Assembly: GCA_028824415.1 (NCBI GenBank)
Contig: JAPPDX010000093.1
Coordinates: forward strand, 11,370-75,369
Direction of reading: 5' to 3'
DNA length: 64,000 nt
Origin: a bacterium
GTDB taxonomy: Bacteria > Actinomycetota > Acidimicrobiia > Acidimicrobiales > CATQHL01
Position numbers and translations under genes: made by a program. The first letter of the stretch is position 1. Every line of letters begins with the position of its first letter. A model generated the notes under the pieces. The model made no database searches, was not told where the DNA came from, and was given only the letters and a program-made list of their open reading frames with translations. This document shows, one piece after another, positions 42,061 to 52,325 of the stretch.

Positions 42061-42600
42061 TCACTTGGCGGCCTTGCCGGCCTTGCGGCGGACATACTCA
42101 CCGGCGTAGCGGATGCCCTTGCCCTTGTACGGCTCGGGCTTGCGCAGCGCCCGGATCTGCGCGGCCACCTGCCCGACCGCCTGCTTGTCGATTCCGAGCA
42201 CCCGGATGGCGGTTTGGGACGGTACCTCGAAGGTGATCCCTTCAGGTGCCTCCACCGCCACCGGGTGGCTGAATCCCAGCTGAAGTTCGAGCGTGCCGGG
42301 ACCCTTGGCGGTGGCGCGGTAGCCGATGCCCACGATCTCCAGATCCTTGCGGTAGCCCTCGTGGACACCGATGACCATGTTGTTGAGGAGCGCCCGGGTC
42401 AAACCGTGCAGCGCACGCGACTCGCGCTCGTCATCGGCCCGGGCCACCAGCAGTGTCTCCCCCTCCTGCTGCACGGTGATCACCTCGGGCACGCGATGCT
42501 GCAGCGTGCCCCTGGGACCCTTGACGGTGACGTCGCCGCCGGCGATGGCGACCGACACCCCCGACGGGAGCGGGATGGGCGACTTGCCTACACGGGACAC
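42061..42600 (-). CDS. rplF: 50S ribosomal protein L6
   Basis: MSRVGK...[11 protein letters not shown]. Confidence 0.98.
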   Translation of the reverse strand: MSRVGKSPIPLPSGVSVAIAGGDVTVKGPRGTLQHRVPEVITVQQEGETLLVARADDERESRALHGLTRALLNNMVIGVHEGYRKDLEIVGIGYRATAKGPGTLELQLGFSHPVAVEAPEGITFEVPSQTAIRVLGIDKQAVGQVAAQIRALRKPEPYKGKGIRYAGEYVRRKAGKAAK

Positions 42601-42607
42601 GGCACAC

Positions 42608-43009
42608 CTACCACACGTAACAGAGGATCTCGCCGCCGATCCGGCGCCGGCGGGCCTCCTGGTCGGTCATGAGACCCTTGCTGGTCGACACCACCGCCAC
42701 GCCGAGGCCACCCTGGACCCGCGGCACGCCATCGGCCTTCGTGTACACCCGCAGACCCGCCTTGGAGACCCGCCGCAGGCCGGAAATGACCCGCTCGCGG
42801 TCCGGCGAGTACTTCATGTCGATGGTCAGCGTGCGGCCGGGGCCGTCGCCGTCGCTCACCTCGTAGCCGCCGATGTACCCCTCGCGCCGCAGCACCTCGG
42901 CCAGGGCCTCCTTGAGCTTCGAGGACGGCATCCGCACCTCCTCGTGCATGGCCACGTTGGCGTTGCGGATCCGGGTCAGCATGTCGGCTATGGGATCTGT
43001 CATGGTCAT
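42608..43009 (-). CDS. rpsH: 30S ribosomal protein S8
   Basis: [21 protein letters not shown]. Confidence 0.98.
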   Translation of the reverse strand: MTMTDPIADMLTRIRNANVAMHEEVRMPSSKLKEALAEVLRREGYIGGYEVSDGDGPGRTLTIDMKYSPDRERVISGLRRVSKAGLRVYTKADGVPRVQGGLGVAVVSTSKGLMTDQEARRRRIGGEILCYVW

Positions 43010-43023
43010 TCTGCGACAACCCC

Positions 43024-43209
43024 CTACCAGCTCGCCTTGGTGAGACCGGGAATCTCCCCGGCGTGGGCGAGTTCACGCAGACAGACACGACACAGTCCAA
43101 AGCGCCGGTACACCGAACGTGGCCGCCCACACCGGCGGCAGCGGGTGTACGCCCGCACCCGGTACTTCGGCGTGCGGGCCTGCTTGTTGATCAGTGCCTT
43201 CTTTGCCAT
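43024..43209 (-). CDS. rpsN: 30S ribosomal protein S14 type Z
   Basis: MAKKAL...RCRRCGRPR...CRVCLRE...KASW. Confidence 0.97.
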   Translation of the reverse strand: MAKKALINKQARTPKYRVRAYTRCRRCGRPRSVYRRFGLCRVCLRELAHAGEIPGLTKASW

Positions 43210-43262
43210 GTCGTCACTTTCGCCAGTTCGTGTGTCGGATCTTCCGGATGCCCGCGGATCGC

Positions 43263-43829
43263 TCAGCGGGGGTCCCGCCGGAGCGGGAAGCCGAAGGCCT
43301 CCAGCAAGGCCTGCCCTGATTCGTCGTCTGTCGCCGTCGTGACCAGGGTGATGTCCATGCCGCGGATGGTGTCGATCTTGTCGTAGTCGATCTCGGGAAA
43401 GATCAACTGCTCGGAGACGCCGAAGGAGTAGTTCCCGTTGCCGTCGAAGGAGTTGAGGGGCAGGCCGCGGAAATCGCGGATGCGCGGGATCGCCAGATTG
43501 ATGAGCCGGTCGAAGAACTCCCACATGCGGTCGCCGCGCAGCGTCACCTTCACCCCGACCGCGTTCCCCTCACGCAGGCGGAAACCGGCGATGGAACGCT
43601 TCGCCCGGGTGGTCACCGGACGCTGCCCGGAAATGATGGTCATGTCGGCAATGGCACCTTCGAGCAGGCGGGCCTGGCGGGACGCCTCGCCGACACCCAT
43701 GTTCAGAACGATCTTCTCCAGGCGGGGTACCTGCATCACGTTCTCGAGCCCGAGCGACTCCTGGATCCGCTCGCGCAACTCGTCCCGGTACAGCTGCTTC
43801 AGTCGCGGGGCCACCGCCGTGTCGCTCAT
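43263..43829 (-). CDS. rplE: 50S ribosomal protein L5
   Basis: [17 protein letters not shown]. Confidence 0.98.
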   Translation of the reverse strand: MSDTAVAPRLKQLYRDELRERIQESLGLENVMQVPRLEKIVLNMGVGEASRQARLLEGAIADMTIISGQRPVTTRAKRSIAGFRLREGNAVGVKVTLRGDRMWEFFDRLINLAIPRIRDFRGLPLNSFDGNGNYSFGVSEQLIFPEIDYDKIDTIRGMDITLVTTATDDESGQALLEAFGFPLRRDPR

Positions 43830-44143
43830 GGGATGTCCGCCCCGGTGCGGCGACAGATGCGCACCTTGTCACCGTCGGGCGTGATCCGGTAGCCCACGCG
43901 GGTGGGCCTGCCGTCCTCGGGGCTGATGACCGCCACCCGGGAGATGGGAATCGGCATGTCCTTGTCGATGATCCCCCCCTGCATGACGCCGGCCTGGTTG
44001 GGCTTGCGGTGCTTGCGGACCACGTTGACGCCGTCCACGAGCAGGGTGCCCTTGGTCGGGAAGACGGCCGAGACGACCCCCTCCTTGCCCCGATCCTTGC
44101 CCGAGAGCACGACGACGCGGTCGCCCTTGCGGATCTTGGCCAT
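43826..44143 (-). CDS. rplX: 50S ribosomal protein L24
   Basis: [16 protein letters not shown]. Confidence 0.97.
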   Translation of the reverse strand: MAKIRKGDRVVVLSGKDRGKEGVVSAVFPTKGTLLVDGVNVVRKHRKPNQAGVMQGGIIDKDMPIPISRVAVISPEDGRPTRVGYRITPDGDKVRICRRTGADIP

Positions 44144-44511
44144 CACAGCACCTCCGGAGCCAGCGACACGATCCGCATGAATCGCTTCTCGCGGAGTTCC
44201 CGGCCCACGGGACCGAAGATGCGGGTCCCCCGGGGCTGGTTGTTCTCGTCGAGCACGACCGCTGCGTTCTCGTCGAATCGGATATAGCTGCCGTCAGGGC
44301 GACGCTTCTCCTTGCGCGTGCGTACCACGACGCACCGCACCACGTCACCCTTCCGCACCTTGGCACCGGGAATGGCGTCCTTGACCGTCGCCACGAACAC
44401 GTCGCCGATCGAGGCGTAGCGGCGCCGGGAGCCACCGAGCACCTTGATGCAGAGAACCTCGCGGGCGCCGGAGTTGTCCGCCACCCTGAGGCGCGTCTCC
44501 TGCTGGATCAC
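44143..44511 (-). CDS. rplN: 50S ribosomal protein L14
   Basis: [15 protein letters not shown]. Confidence 0.98.
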   Translation of the reverse strand: MIQQETRLRVADNSGAREVLCIKVLGGSRRRYASIGDVFVATVKDAIPGAKVRKGDVVRCVVVRTRKEKRRPDGSYIRFDENAAVVLDENNQPRGTRIFGPVGRELREKRFMRIVSLAPEVL

Positions 44512-44523
44512 CCCTGCCCCCTC

Positions 44524-44847
44524 TCAGCGCGCCCGCTCGAGGATCTGTACGAGCCGCCAACGCTTCTGCTTGGACAGCGGGCGGGTCTCGGCGATCCGGA
44601 CACGGTCCCCGACGCGCAGGTCGTTCTCCTGGTCGTGGACGTACAGACGCTTGTGGCGCCGAACCGTCTTGTTGTAGCGCCGATGACGGACCTGCTCGGT
44701 GACGACCACGACTGCGGTTCTGTCCATGGACGCCGACGCCACGACCCCCTCACGGGTCTTGCGACGGTTGCGCTCCACGGACGCGGAGGTCTCAGCGGCG
44801 CGCGACGGCTCCGGCGCGTGGTCTGTCGACGGTGCTTGCTCAGCCAT
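44524..44847 (-). CDS. rpsQ: 30S ribosomal protein S17
   Basis: GVVASASMDRT, ETRPLSK.KRW. Confidence 0.97.
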   Translation of the reverse strand: MAEQAPSTDHAPEPSRAAETSASVERNRRKTREGVVASASMDRTAVVVVTEQVRHRRYNKTVRRHKRLYVHDQENDLRVGDRVRIAETRPLSKQKRWRLVQILERAR

Positions 44848-45148
44848 CGCGGCGGCGCCTCCTCTTGAACACCCGTGCGCCCTCCTCGGAGGAGTCCTCG
44901 GCGGCGCCGGGTTCGGTGGCCTCGACGGCCTGGTGAGCCATGGCCTCTTCGGCGGCGTCGATCTCCCGGGCGCGGAGCTCGGTCATGATGCGCGCAACCT
45001 GCCGGCGGGAGTGCGCCAGCAGGTTCATGTTGTCGAGCTGCCCCGTCACGAACTGGAAGCGCAGGTTCGTGGACTCGTCCTTCGCCTCGTCCAACATGCC
45101 CAGCAATTCGACGTCGCTCAGTCCGTTCAACGACTTGGATCGGGCCAT
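44840..45148 (-). CDS. rpmC: 50S ribosomal protein L29 with C-terminal extension
   Basis: NLRFQ..TGQL...RRQVARIMT; operon position. Confidence 0.93.
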   Translation of the reverse strand: MARSKSLNGLSDVELLGMLDEAKDESTNLRFQFVTGQLDNMNLLAHSRRQVARIMTELRAREIDAAEEAMAHQAVEATEPGAAEDSSEEGARVFKRRRRRDG

Positions 45149-45150
45149 GA

Positions 45151-45567
45151 CTACACCGCCTGGTGGCGGGTCACGAAGCGGGCCCGCACGGGGAGCTTCT
45201 GGATGGCGCGCTCGATCGCCTCACGCGCCACGACGGGGTCGGAGTAGGAGAGCTCGAACAACACACGGCCGGGGCGCACCACCGCAACCCAGCGTTCGGG
45301 GTTTCCCTTTCCGGAACCCATCCGGGTCTCCGCCGGCTTCTGCGTGACCGGCTTGTCGGGGAAGACGTTGATCCACACCTTGCCGCCGCGGCGGACGTGG
45401 CGGGTCATGGCCACACGGGCGGCCTCGATCTGGGGCGCCGTGATCCAGCCCGGCTCGAGAGCCTGGATCCCGTAGTCGCCGAAACTGACCGTGGTCCCGC
45501 CCTTGGCGACACCCTTGGTACGGCCGCGATGGTGCTTGCGGTGTTTGACCTTCTTTGGCATCAACAT
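45151..45567 (-). CDS. rplP: 50S ribosomal protein L16
   Basis: [18 protein letters not shown]. Confidence 0.98.
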   Translation of the reverse strand: MLMPKKVKHRKHHRGRTKGVAKGGTTVSFGDYGIQALEPGWITAPQIEAARVAMTRHVRRGGKVWINVFPDKPVTQKPAETRMGSGKGNPERWVAVVRPGRVLFELSYSDPVVAREAIERAIQKLPVRARFVTRHQAV

Positions 45568-45569
45568 GA

Positions 45570-46499
45570 TCAGTCGGCATCCCCCGGTCGGAAGTGGGGC
45601 GTCTCGTGCTGCTCGCGGGAGGCGCGCTCGATCTCCTCCTCCTGCTCGAGGAGGCGCTCGAACTCGGCGTCGGCCTCGGCCACGAGCGGGCGCAGCTCCT
45701 CCAACTCGGTCGGGAACTCCTGCTCCTCGGTGCTGGTGGTCGGCGTCGAGGTGGTCCCTCGCCGGCGTGCGGCCGAGGACACCACCTTGCGCGAGCGGGC
45801 GGGGCCGGCGGTCTCGCCGACCGCCATGGCCGCCTCGCGGTTGATCCGCTCGTCGGTGTCGAGACGGTACGGGAGGATGTCACCCTTGTAGGTCCACACC
45901 TTCACGCCGATGCGGCCGTAGGTGGTGTGCGCCTCCCGGAATCCGTAGTCGATGTCTGCGCGCAGCGTGTGCAGAGGCACGCGGCCCTCGCGGTACCACT
46001 CGGTGCGTGCCATCTCCGAGCCGCCGAGCCGGCCGGAGCACTGCACCCGGATGCCCTGGGCGCCCGCCTTCTGGGCGTTCTGGACGGCGCGCTTCATGGC
46101 CCGGCGGAAGGCCACGCGGCCCGTCAACTGGTCCGCAATGCCCTGGGCGATGAGCGCGGCATCCAGCTCGGGCTGCTTGATCTCCTGCACATTGAGCTGT
46201 ACCCGCTTGTTGCCGGTGATCTTGGCGAGGCCCGCCCGCAGGCGATCGGCCTCCGAGCCCTTGCGCCCGATCACGATGCCCGGGCGGGCGGTGTGCACGT
46301 CGATGCGCAGCCGGTCCCTCGTGCGCTCCACCTCGATGCGGCTGATGGCGGCGTGGGGCAGCTCCCCCATGAGATAGTCGCGGATCTTCCAGTCCTCGAT
46401 CACGAAGTCCTGGTACTCCTGTCGGGTGGCGAACCACCGGGACTTCCAGTCGGTCGTGATTCCGAGACGGAACCCGTACGGATTGACCTTCTGACCCAT
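45570..46499 (-). CDS. rpsC: 30S ribosomal protein S3
   Basis: [26 protein letters not shown]. Confidence 0.98.
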   Translation of the reverse strand: MGQKVNPYGFRLGITTDWKSRWFATRQEYQDFVIEDWKIRDYLMGELPHAAISRIEVERTRDRLRIDVHTARPGIVIGRKGSEADRLRAGLAKITGNKRVQLNVQEIKQPELDAALIAQGIADQLTGRVAFRRAMKRAVQNAQKAGAQGIRVQCSGRLGGSEMARTEWYREGRVPLHTLRADIDYGFREAHTTYGRIGVKVWTYKGDILPYRLDTDERINREAAMAVGETAGPARSRKVVSSAARRRGTTSTPTTSTEEQEFPTELEELRPLVAEADAEFERLLEQEEEIERASREQHETPHFRPGDAD

Positions 46500-47095
46500 C
46501 AGATCTCCTTGTCGCCGTCGGCGGAATCCGGCGCGGCGTCCTCTTCGGAGGATTCCTCCGAGATGGCGTCCTGCTCTTCGGCGGCCTCCTCGGCGGCAAC
46601 CACCTCGTCCTCGTCGCCCGCTTCCCCCTCGGCCACCTCGTCGAGTTCGGCGGCGCGGCTGGCCTCCACGCGACGGCGCCGAACCTCCGCTGCGGCGCTG
46701 CCGGCCCGGCCGCGCTCGGCGCGGGCCTCACGCTCCTCAAGCGAGTAGCGCGCCAGCACGATCGTGATGTGGCAGGTCCGCTTCATGATCGGGGTGGCAC
46801 GACCCCGCGCCCGCGGCCGCCAGCGCTTCAGGGTCGGCCCCTCGTCGGCATAGCAGACCGCCACGTAGAGCTCCTCGGCGGGCAGGTTCGAGTTGTGCTC
46901 CGCGTTGGCGACGGCCGAGTCCAGGCAGCGGGCGACGGTGCGGGCGATCCGCCGCTCGGAGAACTGCAGGATCTCATCGGCGCGCTCGCAGGACTCACCC
47001 CTGATCAGATCGAGGACGGCACGCGCTTTGGAGGCCGAACTGCGCACGTAGCGCGCAGACGCGCGCGCCGCCGGAGTCGCCACGTCGACCGCCAT
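46499..47095 (-). CDS. rplV: 50S ribosomal protein L22 with acidic tail
   Basis: [24 protein letters not shown]. Confidence 0.97.
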   Translation of the reverse strand: MAVDVATPAARASARYVRSSASKARAVLDLIRGESCERADEILQFSERRIARTVARCLDSAVANAEHNSNLPAEELYVAVCYADEGPTLKRWRPRARGRATPIMKRTCHITIVLARYSLEEREARAERGRAGSAAAEVRRRRVEASRAAELDEVAEGEAGDEDEVVAAEEAAEEQDAISEESSEEDAAPDSADGDKEI

Positions 47096-47373
47096 CAGCG
47101 CCTGGCTCCTCGCTCCTGGCCGGCGTGGAACCGGAACGTGCGCGTGGGGGCGAACTCGCCGAGCTTGTGGCCGACCATGGACTCGGTGATGTACACGGGC
47201 ACGTGCTTGCGGCCGTCGTGCACCGCGATCGTGTGGCCGACCATGTCGGGGATGATCGTGGACCGGCGCGACCAGGTGCGGATGACCCGCCGCTCGCCGG
47301 AGTCGTTCAACTCGTCCACCTTGGCGAGGAGATGATGATCGACGAACGGGCCCTTCTTCAGGCTTCTGGGCAT
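47095..47373 (-). CDS. rpsS: 30S ribosomal protein S19
   Basis: [15 protein letters not shown]. Confidence 0.98.
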   Translation of the reverse strand: MPRSLKKGPFVDHHLLAKVDELNDSGERRVIRTWSRRSTIIPDMVGHTIAVHDGRKHVPVYITESMVGHKLGEFAPTRTFRFHAGQERGARR

Positions 47374-47383
47374 CGTGAGCCTC

Positions 47384-48220
47384 CTACCGCCGCCGCCCGC
47401 GGGTGCGCCTGCGGCGCACGATCATCTGCGACGACTGCTTCTTGGGGTTGCGCGTGCGCCCCTCCGGCTTCCCCCAGGGCGAGACAGGATGGCGCCCGCC
47501 GGAACTCTTCCCCTCGCCACCTCCGAGCGGGTGGTCCACCGGGTTCATTGCCACGCCGCGAGTCTGGGGACGCACGCCCTTGTGGCGGTTGCGCCCGGCC
47601 TTACCGATCTGCACCAACTCGTGCTCGGCGTTGCCGACGGCGCCGACGGTGGCGCGGCAGTCGATGGGGACCCGGCGCATCTCGGTGCTGGGCAGGCGCA
47701 GAGTGGCGAGGTTGCCCTCCTTGGCCACGAGCTGGAGGCGGGTGCCCGCCGCCCGGCCCATGCGCCCGCCGGCACCCGGCTTGAGTTCCACGTTGTGCAC
47801 CACGGTGCCCACCGGGATGTACCGCAACGGCAGAGCGTTGCCCGGGCGGATCTCGACGCCGGTTCCCGACTCCAGCACATCCCCGACCGCTATGCCGTCG
47901 GGCGCCAGGATGTAGGTCTTCGCCCCGTCGTAGTAGTGCAGCAGCGCGATGCGGCAGGTCCGGTTGGGGTCGTACTCGATGGTCGCAACCTTCGCCGGGA
48001 CGCCGTCCTTGTTCCGGTGGAAGTCGATGATCCGGTAGCGGCGCTTGTGGCCGCCACCGCGATGCCGCGCCGTCTTGCGGCCGGCGTTGTTGCGGCCGCC
48101 CGTGGAGGGGCGGGGGGCGAGCAGGGACTTCTCCGGCGTGCTGCGGGTGATCTCGGAGAAGTCGTGCGCCGTCTGGAAGCGGCGGCCCGGGCTGGTTGGC
48201 TTGCGGCGCCGGATGCTCAT
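47384..48220 (-). CDS. rplB: 50S ribosomal protein L2
   Basis: [20 protein letters not shown]. Confidence 0.98.
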   Translation of the reverse strand: MSIRRRKPTSPGRRFQTAHDFSEITRSTPEKSLLAPRPSTGGRNNAGRKTARHRGGGHKRRYRIIDFHRNKDGVPAKVATIEYDPNRTCRIALLHYYDGAKTYILAPDGIAVGDVLESGTGVEIRPGNALPLRYIPVGTVVHNVELKPGAGGRMGRAAGTRLQLVAKEGNLATLRLPSTEMRRVPIDCRATVGAVGNAEHELVQIGKAGRNRHKGVRPQTRGVAMNPVDHPLGGGEGKSSGGRHPVSPWGKPEGRTRNPKKQSSQMIVRRRRTRGRRR

Positions 48221-48223
48221 GAC

Positions 48224-48514
48224 CTACACCTCGAAGAGTTCGATCGAGTCGCCCTCGGCGAGGGTGACCATCGCCCGCTTCGTGTCGGGTCGGCGCCCGT
48301 ACGTGAGCCGGCGTCGGTTGCGAATGCGCTTGCCCTTGCGCCGCAGCGTGTTCACGTTCAACACCTGCACCTCGAATATCTCCTCGACGGCCTTGGCGAT
48401 CTCGGGCTTGCTGCTCGACGGATGGACCTTGAAGGTGTAGACGTTCTGCTCCAGCAGCGAGAAGGCCTTCTCGCTGATCACCGGCTCGAGGATCACGTCG
48501 CGTGCATCCTTCAC
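48224..48514 (-). CDS. rplW: 50S ribosomal protein L23
   Basis: PVISEK, KPEIAKAVE. Confidence 0.97.
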   Translation of the reverse strand: MKDARDVILEPVISEKAFSLLEQNVYTFKVHPSSSKPEIAKAVEEIFEVQVLNVNTLRRKGKRIRNRRRLTYGRRPDTKRAMVTLAEGDSIELFEV

Positions 48515-49128
48515 GGCTGGTTCACCTCCGCCAGGGCCGCACTGGTGAAGACGACCACGTCGCTGACCAGTACGTCGTAGGTGTTCAACTGGTCCACCGG
48601 CAGGGTGTGCACGCGGGGCAGGTTGCGGAAGCTCTTGAGCGCGGTGACGTCGTCACGCTCCAGTACCGCCAGAACTCGCCCGCCGGCACCGAGCGCCTCC
48701 AGCTTCCGGACGGCGGACTTCGTCGACGGAGCGTCGAAGCCCCAGTCGTCAACGACGATGATCTTCCCCTCCGCGGCGCGGTCCGACAGCGCCGAGCGCA
48801 GGGCCAGGCGCTTCATCTTCTTGGGCGTGGCCTGCGCGTAGCTGCGGGGCTGGGGGCCATGGGCGATGCCTCCGCCTCGCCACAGCGGCGAGCGGATGGA
48901 GCCGTGCCGGGCCCGGCCGGTGCCCTTCTGCCGCCACGGCTTGCCGCCGCCGCCGCGCACCTCCGAGCGGGTCTTGGTCTTGTGCGTGCCGCTGCGGCGA
49001 GCCGCCAGTTGCGCCGTCACGACCTGGTGCATGACCGCCACATTGGGTTCGATGCCGAAGACGTCGGAGGTGAGTTCGACCTTGCCGCGCTCGGAGCCGC
49101 TGACATCTCGGACGGGGACGGAGACCAT
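48511..49128 (-). CDS. rplD: 50S ribosomal protein L4
   Basis: KPWRQKGTGRAR.GS. Confidence 0.98.
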   Translation of the reverse strand: MVSVPVRDVSGSERGKVELTSDVFGIEPNVAVMHQVVTAQLAARRSGTHKTKTRSEVRGGGGKPWRQKGTGRARHGSIRSPLWRGGGIAHGPQPRSYAQATPKKMKRLALRSALSDRAAEGKIIVVDDWGFDAPSTKSAVRKLEALGAGGRVLAVLERDDVTALKSFRNLPRVHTLPVDQLNTYDVLVSDVVVFTSAALAEVNQP

Positions 49129-49134
49129 GATCGG

Positions 49135-49773
49135 CTAGGCCTGCTTGATGGCGTTGCGGATGACGACCTGGCCGCCCCGGGGGCCGGGCACCGAGCCCCT
49201 GACCAGCAGCAGGTTGCGTTCGGCGTCGGCCTTGACCACCCGGAGGTTCAGGGTGGTCGTCCTGCGGGCACCGTGGTGGCCGGGCATCTTGCGGCCCTTG
49301 AAGATGCGCGACGGGGTGGCGCACTGGCCCACCGCACCCGGCGCCCGGTGAATCTTGTGGGCGCCGTGGCTGGCCTTCTGGCCGCTGAAGCCGTGACGCT
49401 TCATCACGCCGGTGAACCCCTTGCCCTTGCTGACGGCGGTCACGTCCACCAGTTCGCCGTCGGCGAGGATGTCCACGTTGATCTCCTGGCCCACGGCATA
49501 GTCGCTCACATCGTCGAGGCGGAGCTCCACCAGGCTGCGCCCCGGCTCGCTGCCGTGGCGTTCGAAGTGCCCGCGCTCGGGATTGTTCAGTTTGGCCGCG
49601 TCGGTGTAGCCCCACGTGACCTGCAGCGCCGAGTACCCGTCGACCTCGGGAGTCTTCAGCTGCACGACCCGGCACGGCTCGACGCGCAGGACCGTCACCG
49701 GGACGACGCGGTCGCTGTCGTCCCAGACCTGGGTCATGCCCACCTTCTCGCCGATGATCGCCTTCGTCGCCAT
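49135..49773 (-). CDS. rplC: 50S ribosomal protein L3
   Basis: GEKVGMTQ, SKGKGF.GVMKRH, GSVPG. Confidence 0.98.
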   Translation of the reverse strand: MATKAIIGEKVGMTQVWDDSDRVVPVTVLRVEPCRVVQLKTPEVDGYSALQVTWGYTDAAKLNNPERGHFERHGSEPGRSLVELRLDDVSDYAVGQEINVDILADGELVDVTAVSKGKGFTGVMKRHGFSGQKASHGAHKIHRAPGAVGQCATPSRIFKGRKMPGHHGARRTTTLNLRVVKADAERNLLLVRGSVPGPRGGQVVIRNAIKQA

Positions 49774-49969
49774 GTCTGGGTGCTGTCGCTCCGTGGCTTC
49801 GTGTCGGGGCGCTCGTCGCCCTGACGCGAACGCTCCGCACGGGCCAACCCGGCGGAGCGATTCTCGGTTTGCTGCGTGGTTCCCGCCGCCTGCGCCGAGG
49901 GCGCGTCGCAGGCCTTCGCAGACGTCGATTGGATCCCGAAGATCGTTCTCCGGGAAGCGATGCACTATA
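49774..49969 (-). promoter_or_regulatory. Putative -10 (TATAGT) and about 185-nt structured leader of the rplC operon
   Basis: TATAGT at 49969-49964; several hairpins downstream. Confidence 0.55.
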
Positions 49970-50069
49970 CCGGCGACGAGCCCCGATCCCACGCCCGCGC
50001 GGGAGCGGGACGGTCTGTGCGGTCAGGCCACCCGCTGAGGAATTGCGTCCCGGTGGCGGCCCGCGCCGC

Positions 50070-51140
50070 TCAGGTGAACGGGATGGGTGTCTGGACCCAC
50101 CACGGGCGGTCGCTGGTGTGGATCTCCGTGACCCACTTCACCCACCACAGCCCGCGCCGCCCGGGGGCCACGAGGCGCGCCGGGAAACCGTGGCCACGCG
50201 ACAGGGGCGTGCCGCCGACGGTGTGAGCCAAGATCATGTGGCCTGCGTCGCTGAGCGGGAAGCGCCGCGCGTAGCCGGTGGCCGAACGCACCTCGAGGCT
50301 GCGCCCGGAGATGTCCGGGCCCAGCAGCTCGGTCAGCGGCACGCCCTTCCACGTCTGGGTGCTGTACCAGCCGCTGGTGCAGTCCAGCGTGGCCTCCACG
50401 GTGCGGCCGTGGCCGATCAGTTCCTGGTAGCCGACGTCCCGGTTGACCGAGCCCCGCAGGCGCAAGACCCAGTCCTCCGGGTCGATTGTCGGGGGCGAGT
50501 CGTCGAGCCACTGCACCACCGGCATCCGGCGCGGCTCACCGGATCCGACCTCGTGAGAGCCCGTGAAGCGCCGCTCAGCGGCGAAGAACTGCTCGAAGCC
50601 GGTTCGGGCCAGCAGCGCGACGCCCGCCACGGCGAGCGCCTGCAGCGCCGTGCGGCGCGACAGGTCCACCGGGCGGATCCGTTGCGGCCGGCCCACCACG
50701 TGCCACACCGCCAGTGGCACCGCTGCGAAGGCGAAGATGAGGTGCAGACCCATGGCCGACCACACGCCGATCGCCTGCCAGAAACCGAGCGCATGCACGA
50801 TTCCGGTGGCGAAGGCCCCCGTGACGAAGACGCCCAGGGCCATCGAGGCGTACCTGCTGGGACGGCGCCGACGGAGGCCTCGGCGCACGACGGGCACCTT
50901 CGGGCGCGCCAATACGAGCACGGTGAAACCCACGACACCGTGCATGATCACGATCCAGGCGGTCGAAGCGCCGCCGAGCAGGAACGCACTGGCCCCGGTC
51001 ACCCACGCCAGCACCAGCATCACGAGCAGAGCCAGGTTGGTCTTCCGGCTACGGGTACCCGCCCGCTCGGGTGCGGGCAGCCTGGGGCGAGACCATCGGC
51101 GAACTGGCCGTTCAGCGGCGGGCCGGTCTACTGCGGGCAC
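50070..51140 (-). CDS. Membrane-fused molybdopterin oxidoreductase (sulfite oxidase/MsrP-like)
   Basis: His-containing TM helices; TLDCTSGW, HGFPARLVAPGRRG.WWVKWV. Confidence 0.85.
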   Translation of the reverse strand: MPAVDRPAAERPVRRWSRPRLPAPERAGTRSRKTNLALLVMLVLAWVTGASAFLLGGASTAWIVIMHGVVGFTVLVLARPKVPVVRRGLRRRRPSRYASMALGVFVTGAFATGIVHALGFWQAIGVWSAMGLHLIFAFAAVPLAVWHVVGRPQRIRPVDLSRRTALQALAVAGVALLARTGFEQFFAAERRFTGSHEVGSGEPRRMPVVQWLDDSPPTIDPEDWVLRLRGSVNRDVGYQELIGHGRTVEATLDCTSGWYSTQTWKGVPLTELLGPDISGRSLEVRSATGYARRFPLSDAGHMILAHTVGGTPLSRGHGFPARLVAPGRRGLWWVKWVTEIHTSDRPWWVQTPIPFT

Positions 51141-51264
51141 TCACCATCGAGAATACCGACCGCCCCGAGGCTCGGGGCCGCGACGAGTGGGCGACCCCGG
51201 CGCCCAGCGCGTACCGTTGACGAACCCGAACCAGACCGAGCACCGAAGCACCCGAGGAGGCACC

Positions 51265-52230
51265 GTGCGCGCCATCCAGATCTCCGAGAACGGCGGTCCT
51301 GAGGTTCTGTCCCTCACCGAGATGCCCGAGCCCGCTCCCGCTGCCGGCCAGATCGTCGCCGACGTCGCCGCCGCCGGAGTCAACTTCGTGGACACCTATC
51401 AGCGAATCGGCCTGTACCCGATCGCAGTGCCGTACACCGCTGGACTGGAAGGGGCCGGGGTGGTGACCGCCGTCGGAGATGGTGTCACCGACATCGCGGT
51501 CGGCGACCGGGTGGCGTGGTGCGGCGGGCAGGGCTCCTACGCAGAGTGTTGCGCGCTGGACGCCGCCGGTGTGGTGCCCGTGCCCGAAGGCATCTCACTC
51601 GACACCGCTGCGGCCGCCATGCTGCAGGGGCTCACCGCGCACTACCTGGTCGTCGACACATTCCCGCTGGAGCCGGGCCACCGCTGCCTGATCCATGCCG
51701 GGGCGGGTGGGACGGGACTGCTGCTGATCCAGATGGCCAAGCGTCTCGGCGCCGAGGTGTTCACCACCGTCGGCACCCCCGCCAAGGGTGAGCTTGCAGC
51801 CGGGGCGGGTGCCGACCACGTGATTCTGTACAACGACGTGGACTTCGCCGAGGCGATCGTCGACATCGCCGGACCGCGCCCGCTTGACGTGGTTTACGAC
51901 GGCGTCGGGGCGTCCGTCTTCGACGCCAGCCTGGGGCTGCTGCGGCGCCGCGGCACGATGGCCACTTTCGGCAACGCCTCGGGGCCGGTGCCGCCGGTCG
52001 CCCCGCTGCGGCTCTCCCAGGAGGGCTCGCTGTTCCTCACCCGTCCCACACTCTGGGACCACGTCGCCGAGCGCGCCGACCTGCTCGCCCGCTCCGGAGA
52101 CCTGTTCGACTGGATCGGCGAGGGCATGGACGTCCGCATCGGTCTGGAGCTCCCCCTCGCCGAGGCCGCCGAGGCACACCGCCGCCTCGAGGGCCGCGCC
52201 ACCACCGGAAAGATCCTGTTGCGCCCCTGA
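51265..52230 (+). CDS. qor: NADPH:quinone oxidoreductase
   Basis: GGPEVL, GVNFVD, HAGAGGTG, VYDGVG, TTGK; GAGGAGG SD. Confidence 0.92.
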   Translation: MRAIQISENGGPEVLSLTEMPEPAPAAGQIVADVAAAGVNFVDTYQRIGLYPIAVPYTAGLEGAGVVTAVGDGVTDIAVGDRVAWCGGQGSYAECCALDAAGVVPVPEGISLDTAAAAMLQGLTAHYLVVDTFPLEPGHRCLIHAGAGGTGLLLIQMAKRLGAEVFTTVGTPAKGELAAGAGADHVILYNDVDFAEAIVDIAGPRPLDVVYDGVGASVFDASLGLLRRRGTMATFGNASGPVPPVAPLRLSQEGSLFLTRPTLWDHVAERADLLARSGDLFDWIGEGMDVRIGLELPLAEAAEAHRRLEGRATTGKILLRP

Positions 52231-52238
52231 CCCCCACC

Positions 52239-52268
52239 GGCGGCCGGTTCCTCGAGGCCGCCTCTTTC
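52239..52268 (+). terminator. Intrinsic terminator candidate
   Basis: ggcggcc-N10-ggccgcc followed by tctttc. Confidence 0.55.
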
Positions 52269-52325
52269 GTCAGGAGATCGCGCCCCTGACCAGCCGGCCA
52301 CGCCAGGGGCGTAGTCTCCGCCCCG

